Positions 33,997 to 46,816 of a stretch of DNA of 64,000 nucleotides are shown one piece after another (positions within the stretch are counted from its first letter, which is position 1; each line of letters opens with the position of its first letter). The notes beneath the pieces were generated by a model, which worked only from the letters and a program-made list of their open reading frames with translations, did not search any database and was not told the DNA's origin. A program made the translations under genes and the position numbers. This stretch comes from Rebecca billardiae RCC1528 (Eukaryota; Protista; Haptophyta): contig OZ251250.1 of NCBI GenBank assembly GCA_965240325.2, positions 868,001 to 932,000 on the forward strand, written 5' to 3'.

Positions 33997-34920
33997 TTAC
34001 GCAGCCTCACTCGCGGCGGCGTCGCGCTGCTGCCGCTTGCGCTGCAGCTCGTCGAGCAGCGCCGCGCAGCCCTCGCGCCCGCCCGGCGCGGTCGCGAAGC
34101 TCTGCAGGTACCGCAGCACCTGCCGCCGCGCGCGCCGCCCCTGCGGCAGCTCGTTGGTGGCCGCGTAATGCACGTGCACCCCCTCCCACCCCAGCTGGCG
34201 CTTCACGCGCGCGACGCCGCGCGCGCGCGCGTCCGCGTTGGGCACGCGGTCGTCCTTGGTGAGCACGAGCAGCATGGGCAGCCGCTGCGCGTCCTCCGAC
34301 GCCGCCGTCGCCGCGCGGAGTCCGGTGCTCTGCACGAAAGTCCGGACGTCCTCGGAGACGCGCCAGCGCACGTCGTGCAGAAAGAGCATCGCGCGCAGGT
34401 CGATGGCGAGGCGGGTGTACGCGGCGTACAGCGGCTCGAACTCGGTGTCCCACAGCTTGCTCGTCTGCCCGTCGCGCGCGGGCAGCCCGGGCAGGTCGGT
34501 CAGCACGATCCGGCCGTTCACCACGATCCAATCGATGGTGCGCGTCTTGCCCGCGACGCTCGACGAGCGCGCAACGTCGCGGCCGACGAGGTGGTTGAGC
34601 ATGGAGGACTTGCCCGCGTTGGACTCGCCGGCGAAGCAGACCTGCGGCAGGTGGCCGAAGCGCTGCGCCGCCGCCTCGAGCTCCGCGCTCGTGCCGCAGC
34701 GCGCTACCTCCACCTTGTTGCCGCGCGTTTGGATCAGGTACTCCGGCTCGGCGGCGGGCGCGGCGGCGGGTGCAGCGGCGGGCGAGGGGGCCGAGGGCGG
34801 CGGGGAAGGCAGGGCCGAGTCGGAGAGGCGGAGCAGCGGCGCGCGGCGCAGCGGGCGCGAGCACAGGCTGCTGCTCAGCAGCAGCAGCCGGTGCGTGCTC
34901 AGCCTCGCGCCAGCCACCAT
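33997..34920 (-). CDS. engB: EngB/YihA (YsxC) family ribosome-biogenesis GTPase, probably organelle-targeted
   Basis: G1 FAGESNAGKSSMLNHL, G2 SSVAGKTRTI, G3 DLPG, G4 VLTKDD; Ser/Arg/Leu-rich N-terminal extension. Confidence 0.88.
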   Translation of the reverse strand: MVAGARLSTHRLLLLSSSLCSRPLRRAPLLRLSDSALPSPPPSAPSPAAAPAAAPAAEPEYLIQTRGNKVEVARCGTSAELEAAAQRFGHLPQVCFAGESNAGKSSMLNHLVGRDVARSSSVAGKTRTIDWIVVNGRIVLTDLPGLPARDGQTSKLWDTEFEPLYAAYTRLAIDLRAMLFLHDVRWRVSEDVRTFVQSTGLRAATAASEDAQRLPMLLVLTKDDRVPNADARARGVARVKRQLGWEGVHVHYAATNELPQGRRARRQVLRYLQSFATAPGGREGCAALLDELQRKRQQRDAAASEAA

Positions 34921-35153
34921 CGCGTCCGCGACCGGCTGCGTGGGCAAACAGCGCGACCGGCCGCGCGTGCCCGGGCTCCAGCGGCAGCGACAGGCGGGAT
35001 TCCGGGCGCTTCACCGTCGTCAAGGCCCGGACTTCAAGCCAGTGCTTTCAGCTTTGAGCTTGGCGGCCGCTGCGCATCCCGACCCGGCGGACGACAGTGC
35101 CCAACGCCGCGGCCGCTGCTCCTCCCGCCGCCGTCGGGGTCGGCGCGCGCGCG

Positions 35154-37542
35154 ATGGCGCAGGTGAAGGAGACGGAGTTCTACGACCTCCTCGGCGTGCC
35201 TCCCGACGCGAGCAAGACGCAGATCCGCAAGGCGTACTACACCAAGGCGAAGGGTTGCCACCCAGACAAGCATCCGGGCGACGACGACAAGGAGGCGCAG
35301 TTCAAGGCGCTCTCCGAGGCGTACCAGGCGCTGTTCGACGACGAGTCACGCGAGGTGTACGACAAGCACGGCCGCGAGGGGCTCCAGCCCTCCGGCTTCG
35401 CCGACCCGCGCGACATCTTCGCCACGATGTTTGGCGGCCCGGAGTTTGAGGCTTGGATCGGCACGCTCGCGATGTGCGCGCCCGTGGACGAGGCGCTGTC
35501 GGCGCAGGCGGAGGAGGCGATGGGCGCGCTGTTCGCGAAGGCGGAGGAGCTGCGCGCGAAGAAGGCCGCGGGCGAGCTCAGCCCCGAGGCCGAGGAGGCC
35601 GCGCGCGCCGAGCTCGAGCGCCTGCAAGCAGAAGCGAAAGAGAAGGAAGCGGCGCTCAAGGGAGCGATGGAGGCGGTGCAGGCGCAGCGGTGAGCCCAGC
35701 GCCGCGCCGCGCGCGCGTCCGCGCGCGCGTGTGCGGGCGTGCGCTCTGCGCGCAGCACGGCCGCGGGGCGACGCGTGCTGCTGAGCGCCGCGCCGCGCCC
35801 CCGGCTCCCACGCGCCGCGCGCGCGCTCGCTTGCGTGCGCCGCGCGCCGGGCCCGGCTGGGCCGCCTGCCGTGCGCGCAGCGTGTCCAAGTGCGCCGCCG
35901 CGCTGCACGCGTACATCGCGCCGTACGTCTCGGGCGGCGAGCCCGAGCGCGAGGCGTGGCGCGCCGCCGCGCGCGCCGACCTCGCGAGGCTGCGCGCCGT
36001 CTCGATGGGCGAGCCGATGCTCAACACAATCGGTGCGCACAGCACACCGCACGGGGCGGTGCGCACAGCGCACGGGGCGGGCCGGTGCGCACAGCGCACG
36101 GGGCGGTGCGCACAGCGCACGGGGCGGTGCGCACACGGGGCGGAGGAGGCGGTGGGCGTGCGCGGGGGTGAGGAGCACGCAGCGCTGCGCGCGAGGGCGG
36201 GGGCGACGCGGGATGCCGCCGCGCTGCGTCGCGCCGGCGTGTGCGCGCGGGAGGCCGCGCACACACGCGCCCGCCTGACGCGCCCGCGCCCCCCGGCCCG
36301 GACTCTGCGCCTCTTGGCCCGGACTCCAGGGTACATCTACACGCACCACACGCACAAGGTGCTCGGCCGGCACGGCGTGGGCGTGCACCGGCTGTGGGGC
36401 ACGCTCGAGTCTGCGCGCGAGCTCACGCACAAGCTGAGCGAGGGCGTGAGCACGGTGGGCAAGGTGGTCAGCCTCGCGTCCGCGCAGTCCAAGCTGGCGC
36501 GGGACGCGGAGGAGCACGCGAGCGCGCGGCACAAGCTGAGCCAGGAGAAGAAGGACGAGCTGGCGCAGCGCATCTCCGAGAACGCCTTCCAGCTCATGTG
36601 CGCGCTAGCCCTAACCCTAACCACCCTAACCCTAACCCTTCCAAGCTCATGCTCGGGAGGGCCCGAGGCGGCGCACCCACCGCGCGCACAGCGCGCGCTC
36701 AGCGCCCGGCGCGACTGTCGACTGTCGCGGCGCTGGCTGGCGCCGCGCCGGGGCGGGGCGGGCGGTCGCGCACGCCCTCCGCCGCCACCCACCGGCACGT
36801 GCCCGCGTGGCCGCCACCGCCGCCGCCGCCGGCTAGGCCACCGCCCCGGGCGTGCACCACCCACCACCCGCCTCCGCTGCCTCGCTCACCCGCGTACCCG
36901 CTTTACCCGCTTCCTATTGCCCCGCGCCTATTGGCTGCCAGGTGGAAGATCACCAAGCGCGACATCGAGGACACGCTGCGCGCGGTGGTGGACGCCGAGC
37001 TCGAGCAGGCGCCGGGCAGCAGCGCAGCCGCGCCCGCGACAGAGGCCGACGCGCCGGCCGGCGCCGCCGCCGCCGACTCCGCCGCGCCCGCGGCCTCAGA
37101 AGGCGCGGCCGCAATCTCGGCCATCGAGATCGACCTGCCGCCGCGCGTGCTCGCGCGCGCGCGCGCTATCGTCGAGCTGGGGCAGATCTTTGGCGAGGCG
37201 CTCACCTTCACGCAGTTCGTGAACCGGGAGAAGGGCCCGAGCCGCGCGGAGAAGGCGCAGGCGGCGCTCGAGGAGAAGCTGCGCGCCAAGGGCGTCGACG
37301 TGGACGCTGTGAAAAAGACCGCGGCGGACGCGGGCAGTAGCGCGTACGCCCGCGCGGCGGAGGCGGGCACAGCGGCGGGCGCGGCGGTGAACAAGCTGTT
37401 CGGCTTCGGCAAGAAGAGCGGGAGCAGGCCGTCGTCGGCGGCGGGCGCGAGGCAGGGCGCGCCCTCGACCGCGGCGGTGCCGGGGCCCGGGGGCGGCAGT
37501 GCGCCACCGCCGGCTGGCGGCAGCGCCGGCTCAGCGAGCTGA
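35154..37542 (+). CDS. DnaJ protein with DnaJ-X domain (Caj1/Djp1/ATJ10-like); exons 35154-35689, 35881-36032, 36330-36597, 36942-37542
   Basis: VKETEFYDLLGV..IRKAYY....HPDK, MFGG..FE.WIG.L, MLNTIGYIY, MWKITKRDIEDTLR, ARARAIVELGQIF; three in-phase introns. Confidence 0.9.
36032..36141 (+). repeat. ~21 bp intronic minisatellite (ggtgcgcacagcgcacggggc) x5 starting at the splice donor
   Basis: Units read directly; each begins with the donor motif G|GTGCGC. Confidence 0.85.
36609..36635 (+). repeat. (CCCTAA)n telomere-type repeat in DnaJ intron 3
   Basis: ccctaaccctaa-cca-ccctaaccctaa. Confidence 0.92.
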
Positions 37543-38399
37543 CAGTGACGTCAGGCATGTCACGGCGTCACGGGCGGTTTCGCCCGGCGGCAGCGGCACC
37601 GGCCACGGGCGCTGGCCCGCCGGCTCGTCGGCTCGTCGGGGCTCGGTGGCTCGTGAGGAGGGCGGCCCCCGCCGCTCCGGCCCAGAGGCTGCTGTCAGGC
37701 GGAGGCCATCGGCACGGGCGGCGTACTCAGAGTGCCTGGCAGCCGGAGCTTGGCGAGCTCGCGGCCTGCCTGGGCCAGCCTGGGGGGGCACCTGACGATG
37801 ACATTGAGTGACCCCGCGATGCCAGTGATCAGAGCTGATGCAACTCGGACAGCAAGCATCAGTGACGATGCAGACTGTGAGTGAGTCGGCGGGCGACGAT
37901 CAGAGCGGATGCCTCATGCCAGTCGGACGCGAGGGGCCCCGTTGACGTTCGGGCCGTTAGGCGTTAGCCTGAGCCGTTACCGTACTGACGAGTCGTGACT
38001 GCTACCGTCGGACTGCTCGGCTGAATACTTACCGCGTACGTCGGCTTGGCCTAGTGGCGGAGTAGTGAGTGAGTTGCGCCGAGTAGTAGTTGCGGACGAG
38101 CGCCGGTGCCCGGTCTGCGCAGACCGCCGCGCAGTGACTGGGGCACGGCCTAGCCTGACATCAGGGCTGCTGCAAGAGTCGGTCGGAGTATGCCGCTGCT
38201 GAGTGTCGTATCCTGTCGTATATCATCCATCCGAACTTGAGCTACGTCGTACTATTAACTATAGTGTAGTCTACTACTATACCGTCTATACGCGATTACG
38301 ATTTACTACGCGACTGTATCAACGATGGCGGGAGACTGAGTGGAGACGACGATGCCGGGCTCCGCATGCTCCAGCGCGCGGCCGGGGCGGCGGGGCGAC

Positions 38400-38907
38400 G
38401 CACGTGCTTCGACCTTCCTGCTCGGGCGAGGCGCACCGAAGTGGGCGACGGCGTCACGCGGGACGTCGACGAGGCGGTCCGCCTCTATGCCATCGCTGCG
38501 AATGGTGGGCTTTGGCAAGCTCAGCGACGGTTAGGGGATGAGTTCTATGCGGCCGCGTCGAATTGAGCAGAGGCTGCGCGCTGGTACCGGCTGGCTGCCG
38601 AGCAGGGCAACCCAGCTGCGCAGGCCGGACTGGGGTTGTGCTGCAACCGAGGCAAGGGCGTACTGTACCGCAGGATATGGCCGAGGCACTGCGCTTGTTC
38701 CGGCTGGCTGCCGAGCAGGGCCACGCAGCTGCGCACACCAACCTGGGTGTGTGCTACGCACGAGGCCAGTGCGTGCCGCAGGACTGGGCCGAGACGGTGC
38801 GATGGTACCGGCTGGCGGCCGAGCAGGGCTATGCACGTGCGCAGAACAACCTGGCGCATGTCCTACGAACGAGGTAATGGCGTGCCGCAGGATATGACCG
38901 AGGCGGT
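38400..38907 (+). pseudogene. Degenerate Sel1 repeats (disrupted 5' part or relic paralog)
   Basis: GDGVTRDVDEAVRLYAIAANGG, then in-frame TGA (38564-38566) and frameshifts near 38660 and 38860 within recognisable Sel1 units. Confidence 0.75.
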
Positions 38908-39276
38908 GTCCACAGGAGTGCTCAAGCCGGCGCAGCGGGCCGTGCGGTGCCGTGAGACTGAGCGTACATGATGCGGCGTGAGCTGGCGTGAGGCTGTCAA
39001 CATGGGTGGCATCAGCACAGGTAACAGCGCATACAAGGACAGAACGCGTTACAGTGCGGACGGCTGAGGCGTAGGCGCTCGCGGGGGTGGCGACAGCGCG
39101 AGGGCGGGAGCGGGGGGCGGCGCTGGCAGGGCCGAGGCGCCGGTGCGGCGGGCTAAAAAACGGCCGGACGCTTTTTTAAACAACTGGCAAGCGCCCGCTC
39201 GGGCCGGCCGCCGCTCCGCGCTCGCCAGCGCGGAGCTCGTCAGAAAAGGCGGGGTCTCACCCGCCAGGGCCAGGGC

Positions 39277-40890
39277 GTGCCGCGGGATATGGCCGAGGCG
39301 GTGCGCTTGTTGCGGCTGGCTGCCGAGCAGGGCAGTGCAGCTGCGCAGTACAACCTGGGCGTGTACTACGACCGAGGTGAGGGCGTGCCGCAGGACTGGG
39401 CCGAGGCGGTGCGGTGGTACCGGCTCGCGGCCGAGCACGGCCATGCACGTGCGCAGTACAGCCTGGGCGTGTGCTACGATCGTGGCCAGGGCGTGCAGCA
39501 GGATATGGCCGAGGCGGTGCGCTTGTACCGGCTGGCCGCCGAGCAGGGCCACGCAGCTGCGCAGTACAGCCTGGGCTGGAGCTACGACCGAGGTGAGGGC
39601 ATGCCGCAGGACTGGGCCGAGGCGGTGCGGTGGTACCGGCTCGCGGCCGAGCAGGGCCTTGCACGTGCGCAGTACAGCCTGGGCTGGAGCTACGATCGTG
39701 GCCAGGGCGTGCAGCAGGATATGGCCGAGGCGGTGCGCTTGTACCGGCTGGCCGCCGAGCAGGGCCACGCAGCTGCGCAGTACAACCTGGGCTGGAGCTA
39801 CGACCGAGGTGAGGGCGTGCCGCAGGACTGGGCCGAGGCGGTGCGGTGGTACCGGCTTGCGGCCGAGCAGGGCGGCGCACCTGGGCAGACCACCCTGGGC
39901 ATGTGCTACGAACGAGGCCAGGGCGTGCCGCAGGACTGGGCCGAGGCGGTGCGGTGGTACCGGCTCGCGGCCGAGCAGGGCCTTGCACGTGCGCAGTACA
40001 GCCTGGGCGTGTGCTACGATCAAGGCCAGGGCGTGCCGCAGGATATGGCCGAGGCGGCGCGCTTGTACCGCCTTGCGGCTGAGCAGGGCCACGCAGCTGC
40101 GCAGTTGAGCCTGGGCGTGTGCTACGATCAAGGCCAGGGCGTGCCGCAGGATATGACCGAGGCTGTGCGCTTGTACCGCCTTGCTGCCGAGCAGGGCTGT
40201 GCACGTGCGCAGTACAACCTGGGCGTGTGCTACGATCAAGGCCAGGGCGTGCCGCAGGATACGGCCGAGGCTGTGCGCTTGTACCGCCTTGCTGCCGAGC
40301 AGGGCGGCGCACCTGGGCAGACCGCCCTGGGCATGTGCTACGAACGAGGCAAGGGCGTGCCGATGGACTGGGCCGAGGCGGTGCGGTGGTTCCGGCTTGC
40401 GGCCGAGCAGGGCTATGGACGTGCGCAGACCGGCCTGGGCTTGTGCTACGAACGAGGCAAGGGCGTGCCGCCGGATATGGCCGAGGCGGTGCGCTTGTAC
40501 CGGCTGGCCATCGACGGCGGCCAGCCACATGCCCACGTGGCATTGGCACACCTGCTGCTTGCAGGCTGGGCCGTGCAGCGCGACGTGGCGGAGGGTGTGC
40601 GGCTGCTGCGCAGCGGGCACGAGCTTGACGGCTCCGTGGTCGATCCGAGCAAGGTGCTCGGCGACTTTGCCGGAGATCGCGAGGTGGCCGCTGCGTGCTG
40701 CATGGTGTGCGCCAAGTCGGGCCGCTGCGTGAAGAAGTGCGAGCGGTGCCTCGTGGCGGTCTTCTGCTGCCGCGAGCACCTGCGCAGCGCGTGGAAAATG
40801 CACAAGCCGCACTGCACGGAGTGGCACGACGCTGCGGCTGCGGTGACGAGCATTGCTGCCAGTGGCGCGCCCGCGCCATCGGCAGACTGA
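39277..40890 (+). CDS. Sel1-like repeat protein (~13 x 36 aa) with C-terminal MYND zinc finger; true 5' end uncertain
   Basis: 108 bp repeats encoding GVPQD.AEAVRWYRLAAEQG.A.AQY.LG..Y; CMVC...KKCERC..VFCCREHL..AWK.HK.HC MYND motif. Confidence 0.88.
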   Translation: MPRDMAEAVRLLRLAAEQGSAAAQYNLGVYYDRGEGVPQDWAEAVRWYRLAAEHGHARAQYSLGVCYDRGQGVQQDMAEAVRLYRLAAEQGHAAAQYSLGWSYDRGEGMPQDWAEAVRWYRLAAEQGLARAQYSLGWSYDRGQGVQQDMAEAVRLYRLAAEQGHAAAQYNLGWSYDRGEGVPQDWAEAVRWYRLAAEQGGAPGQTTLGMCYERGQGVPQDWAEAVRWYRLAAEQGLARAQYSLGVCYDQGQGVPQDMAEAARLYRLAAEQGHAAAQLSLGVCYDQGQGVPQDMTEAVRLYRLAAEQGCARAQYNLGVCYDQGQGVPQDTAEAVRLYRLAAEQGGAPGQTALGMCYERGKGVPMDWAEAVRWFRLAAEQGYGRAQTGLGLCYERGKGVPPDMAEAVRLYRLAIDGGQPHAHVALAHLLLAGWAVQRDVAEGVRLLRSGHELDGSVVDPSKVLGDFAGDREVAAACCMVCAKSGRCVKKCERCLVAVFCCREHLRSAWKMHKPHCTEWHDAAAAVTSIAASGAPAPSAD

Positions 40891-40947
40891 TGCTGTCGAT
40901 GAGACTGCGCGGCTGCCAATCTGACAGTCACAGAGGCAGCGACATGT

Positions 40948-42216
40948 ATGTGGGTAGCAGTCTTAGTCAGTTGTGTGGGCGCAATGTCCGTCGGGTTCCA
41001 TCCTGATTTTTCCATCGGCGGCCTCGCGCGGAATCTCGTGTCCCCCTCCCACGTCCACGTCGCGCTCGGCCGCGGCAGCAGCCCCCCGAGCGCGAGCACG
41101 CACGGCGCGATGGCGGAGAAGTACCTGCGGCCCGACGTGGTGGCGATGTCCGGCTACGCGCCGGGCGAGCAGGTCAACGACTGCATCAAGCTCAACACCA
41201 ACGAGTGCGCGTGGGGCCCGTCGCCCGCGGTCGCCAAGGCTCTCGCTGAGTACGACGTGAGCGGCCTGCGGCAGTACCCGGACCCGCTGTGCCGCAAGCT
41301 GCGCCAGGCGGCGGCGGAGGTGTACGGCGTGCGCCCCGAGCAGATCCTCGCGGGCAACGGCTCGGACGACTGCCTCACCATCATCTTCCGCGCCTTCTGC
41401 GCCGCGGCGGGCGGCGCGGCCAACGGCGGCGCCGCTCCGGACAAGGTGGCGTGCCCGTGGCCGACGTACTCGCTGTACGACACGCTCGCGACGCTGCAGG
41501 GCGTGCCCATCCAGCACTACGACTGGGAGGACGGCTGGGCCCTCCCCGTCGACGCGCTCGCCGCGTCGGGCGCCAAGCTCGTGTTCGTGGCCTCGCCCAA
41601 CAACCCCTCGGCCACGCTCGTGCCGCGCGCGCAGCTCGAGGCGCTCGCGCGCAAGCTGGACGGCGTGCTGGTGGTGGACGAGGCGTACATCGACTTCGCC
41701 CACGACGGCGACGGCCTCTCCGCCTCCTTCATCCCCATCCTCGACGCGCACCCCAACGTGCTCGTGCTCCGCACCTTCTCAAAGTCGTACGCGCTCGCAG
41801 GCGCGCGGCTCGGCTTGCTCTTCGGCGCGCCCGGGCTGGTCTCTCAGCTTGAGAAGGTGAAGGACTCGTACAACGTGAACGGGCTGACGCAGGCGGCGGG
41901 CGAGGCGGCGCTGCGCGACGGCGCGTACCTCGCGTGGCTCGTGCGCACCACCATCGAGCAGCGCGCGCGCGTGTGCGAGGCCCTCGGCGCGCTCGGCTGG
42001 TCGTGGCCGCCCACGCAGGCCAACTTCCTGCTCGCGGAGACGGGTTCTGCCGAGCTGGCCTCGCGGCTGTACGAGGGGCTCAAGGCGCGCGGCGTGCTCG
42101 TGCGGTACTGGCCCAAGCGGCCCGAGCTCGCGTCGAAGCTGCGCATCACCATCGGCGCGCCCGAGTCGAACGACGCGCTGCTGAAGGGCATCGGGGAGAT
42201 CCTCGCGCACAAGTAG
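40948..42216 (+). CDS. hisC: Histidinol-phosphate aminotransferase (conserved core starts at Met 41110; upstream in-frame ATG may add a targeting peptide)
   Basis: GYAPGEQ, IKLNTNE, LRQYPDP, AGNGSD, SPNNPS, VVDEAYIDF, RTFSKSYALAGARLG (PLP lysine), TQANFLL, LRITIG. Confidence 0.95.
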   Translation: MWVAVLVSCVGAMSVGFHPDFSIGGLARNLVSPSHVHVALGRGSSPPSASTHGAMAEKYLRPDVVAMSGYAPGEQVNDCIKLNTNECAWGPSPAVAKALAEYDVSGLRQYPDPLCRKLRQAAAEVYGVRPEQILAGNGSDDCLTIIFRAFCAAAGGAANGGAAPDKVACPWPTYSLYDTLATLQGVPIQHYDWEDGWALPVDALAASGAKLVFVASPNNPSATLVPRAQLEALARKLDGVLVVDEAYIDFAHDGDGLSASFIPILDAHPNVLVLRTFSKSYALAGARLGLLFGAPGLVSQLEKVKDSYNVNGLTQAAGEAALRDGAYLAWLVRTTIEQRARVCEALGALGWSWPPTQANFLLAETGSAELASRLYEGLKARGVLVRYWPKRPELASKLRITIGAPESNDALLKGIGEILAHK

Positions 42217-42584
42217 CAGCACCGACTGAGGGGGGGCCTGCCTGCCGCCTGCCGCCTGACTCGGTGATGGCCGGACGCCGACGGGCTGGGCAGGCAGGGG
42301 CCGCCGCGGGCCCGGCCGTGCTGGAGCCGCTCGGCCGCCGGTCATCGTCGGACTACCGGGCGCCGCAGTCGGAGACGGGACTCTCGGGAGTTCCGCGCAC
42401 GTCCCGGCCGCGGGCGCCGCTGCATAGCAGTCACGTCGCCGTCTATTCATCACGCGCGCCGTTGCGGCGCAGGTCGCTGATGCTGCTTATTTAAATAAAG
42501 GTTTTTGGCGGCGGCGCTGGCGGGCGCTTTGCGCGGCGGACGACGCCGATCACGATGATGATGACGCCGCGGATATATGTATGA

Positions 42585-42613
42585 ATATATATATATATAT
42601 ATATATACATACA

Positions 42614-42673
<60 letters not shown>
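42585..42673. repeat. (TA)n/(TACA)n microsatellite
   Basis: Read directly. Confidence 0.95.
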
Positions 42674-44809
<2,136 letters not shown>

Positions 44810-44837
44810 AAACCCGGCGGCCGGTCAATCTGGCCCG

Positions 44838-46620
44838 CCCGCGCCCCTTTCGCGGGCTCATGGCGCGCGAACGCTTCGTCACTACTGGCCGCCGAGCCGT
44901 AGATTGGTGCTCCGTGCACCAACAAAGACATCATCCCCAGCCGCATGTTGCCACTCAGACACCTCCAGACTCAGAGACAGAGTCCGGTCTCGCCGCGCGC
45001 GGAGCCAACTCTTGTTGCCGTGAGCCACCCAAAGCACACTGGGTCGTTTAGCGACGCGCGTGGCGGGTCAACAGTGCATCGCGATGGCGTCGCACGCGCA
45101 ATCCGTTGAGTACATACTCAGAATGTCTGTCCCATGGCACGTCATGCACCGCCGTGTGCTCCGATATCAACAGTACAGACAGGTCGCTGCTTCAACTTTC
45201 GGACCCGATTGCTGTTCACTTTTTAGTGCACGATGGCGGCGGCGCCCCCGGGGGTCTGCGGCGCTTGAGATCGCGTCTGGCGGCACCCCCAGGGTGTGCC
45301 TGAGGTAGAACCCAGCGGCTATGTACCATTTAGACGACTTTGTTCCACTACCATGTGCCCCACGGACGCCACGAGGTCCACGACGGGGCCGCCGACGGCA
45401 TGCTTCAACTTTCGGACCCGCGGGCTCTCAGCGCGCGCGCCGAGTCAGAGCCGCTGCCTGGTGAGCCGTGTGAGTCGGGCTAACGGCATCATGCATTCTA
45501 GACATTACATACATGCAGTAGACCACCTCAGGACCGGACGAACATGCTCACTCAGCTTCCGCGCCAGCCCCAGGCGGCAGCTGCGGCTGCGCCGCCGCGG
45601 GCACCGTCGACCACTTTCGGACCGCATGCTCTCAGCACGCACGCGGAGTCTGCTAGCAGCTGCGGCCGGGTAGGCCATTCGAGTCGGGCTGAGGGCATCA
45701 TACATTCCAGACATCACGTGCGTGTAGCAGCCAACCTCAGGGGCAGGTAAGCATGCTCACTAGGCGACTGTCGATGTCAGCTCCAGACCCTGCGCCGCGG
45801 GCACCGTCCGGCGTTCGCCGTCGACGTCGACCGGGTGAACTTTCGGACCGCGGGCCAGCACGCGCACGCGCTGCCTCCGCCTCCTTCTGCGCAGTTCGCG
45901 CGGCCTTCTTCTGGTTGAATTCCCGCAACGACCACGAGTCATTCTGGCCATTGAGCCGCATGTTGTCCGGCTTCGGCGAGCTCAGCCGCGTCGAACCTCA
46001 CCGCCTCAGCCTAGCGCACGTCAACAAGTCCGGCCTCGTGCTGCTCACGCAGGCGCGCGAGCTTGGCGGTCTGGCGTGCCGACTACTGCTTGGCAAGCTC
46101 AACGTTGGCGCGGAAGGCTGGAGCAATCCTCCAGCGCATCCCCGCCGGCGTGGCTGTGAACACACTCAACTTCGATGATGCGAGCGCGCCAGAGGGCTCG
46201 TTGTCGTCGGCCGAGCACGCAGTCGCGCGCCCCAACACCACCGCATGGCAGCCGCCCTCTCAACTACCACGCGATATATCTCGTAGGTCTCCGCCTTCGC
46301 CTCAACCGAGTACGGCTTTACGCCCTTAGCCGCCTTCATCGAGGCGCTTGCGCTGGGCCCGGCCGGCGCGCACAGCGTAAGCGCGGACGTACCGATCAGC
46401 GCAGCGCCTGAGCTGCGAGCGGCCGAGGACGATGCCAGCAGGCACCGCGACCCGACTGGTGACGTATACTGACGGGCACGTCACCCCACGCGCCGACAGG
46501 CTGCTCAGCCCTGCCGCGGCGCGCCCGCCACGCACCCGCCGATGAGCGAGCCACTGTCGCCATCGCCCGGGTCCGAAAAACGAAGCAGTAGCAGTCGAAA
46601 GTTGAAGCAGCGACCTGTAC
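44838..46620. mobile_element. Diverged longer relative of the 8206-8967 foldback family
   Basis: 44838-45153 aligns by eye with 8237-8525; 23 bp inverted repeat 45179-45201 / 46596-46618; ~210 bp-period internal repeats containing actttcggacc. Confidence 0.7.
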
Positions 46621-46816
46621 ATCCGATGCGCATCTCGTTCCGCGTGAGCAGAACTCTCTGGAACTGAACCCAAACGGGTTTCAGGATCCGAATTCAACGT
46701 CACACAACGTGCGAACTGCGAACCCCGTTTGGGTACTCATCCTATTATTTAAAGTAGTACCAGATACTGTCGCAGCCCTTAATGAATGAGTATCGCGTCT
46801 GTCCTCGGTGGCGGCT

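Noticed and set aside
39277-40520. CRISPR-like or non-coding repeat array
   Set aside because: Units are in-frame 108 bp Sel1 coding repeats without unique spacers
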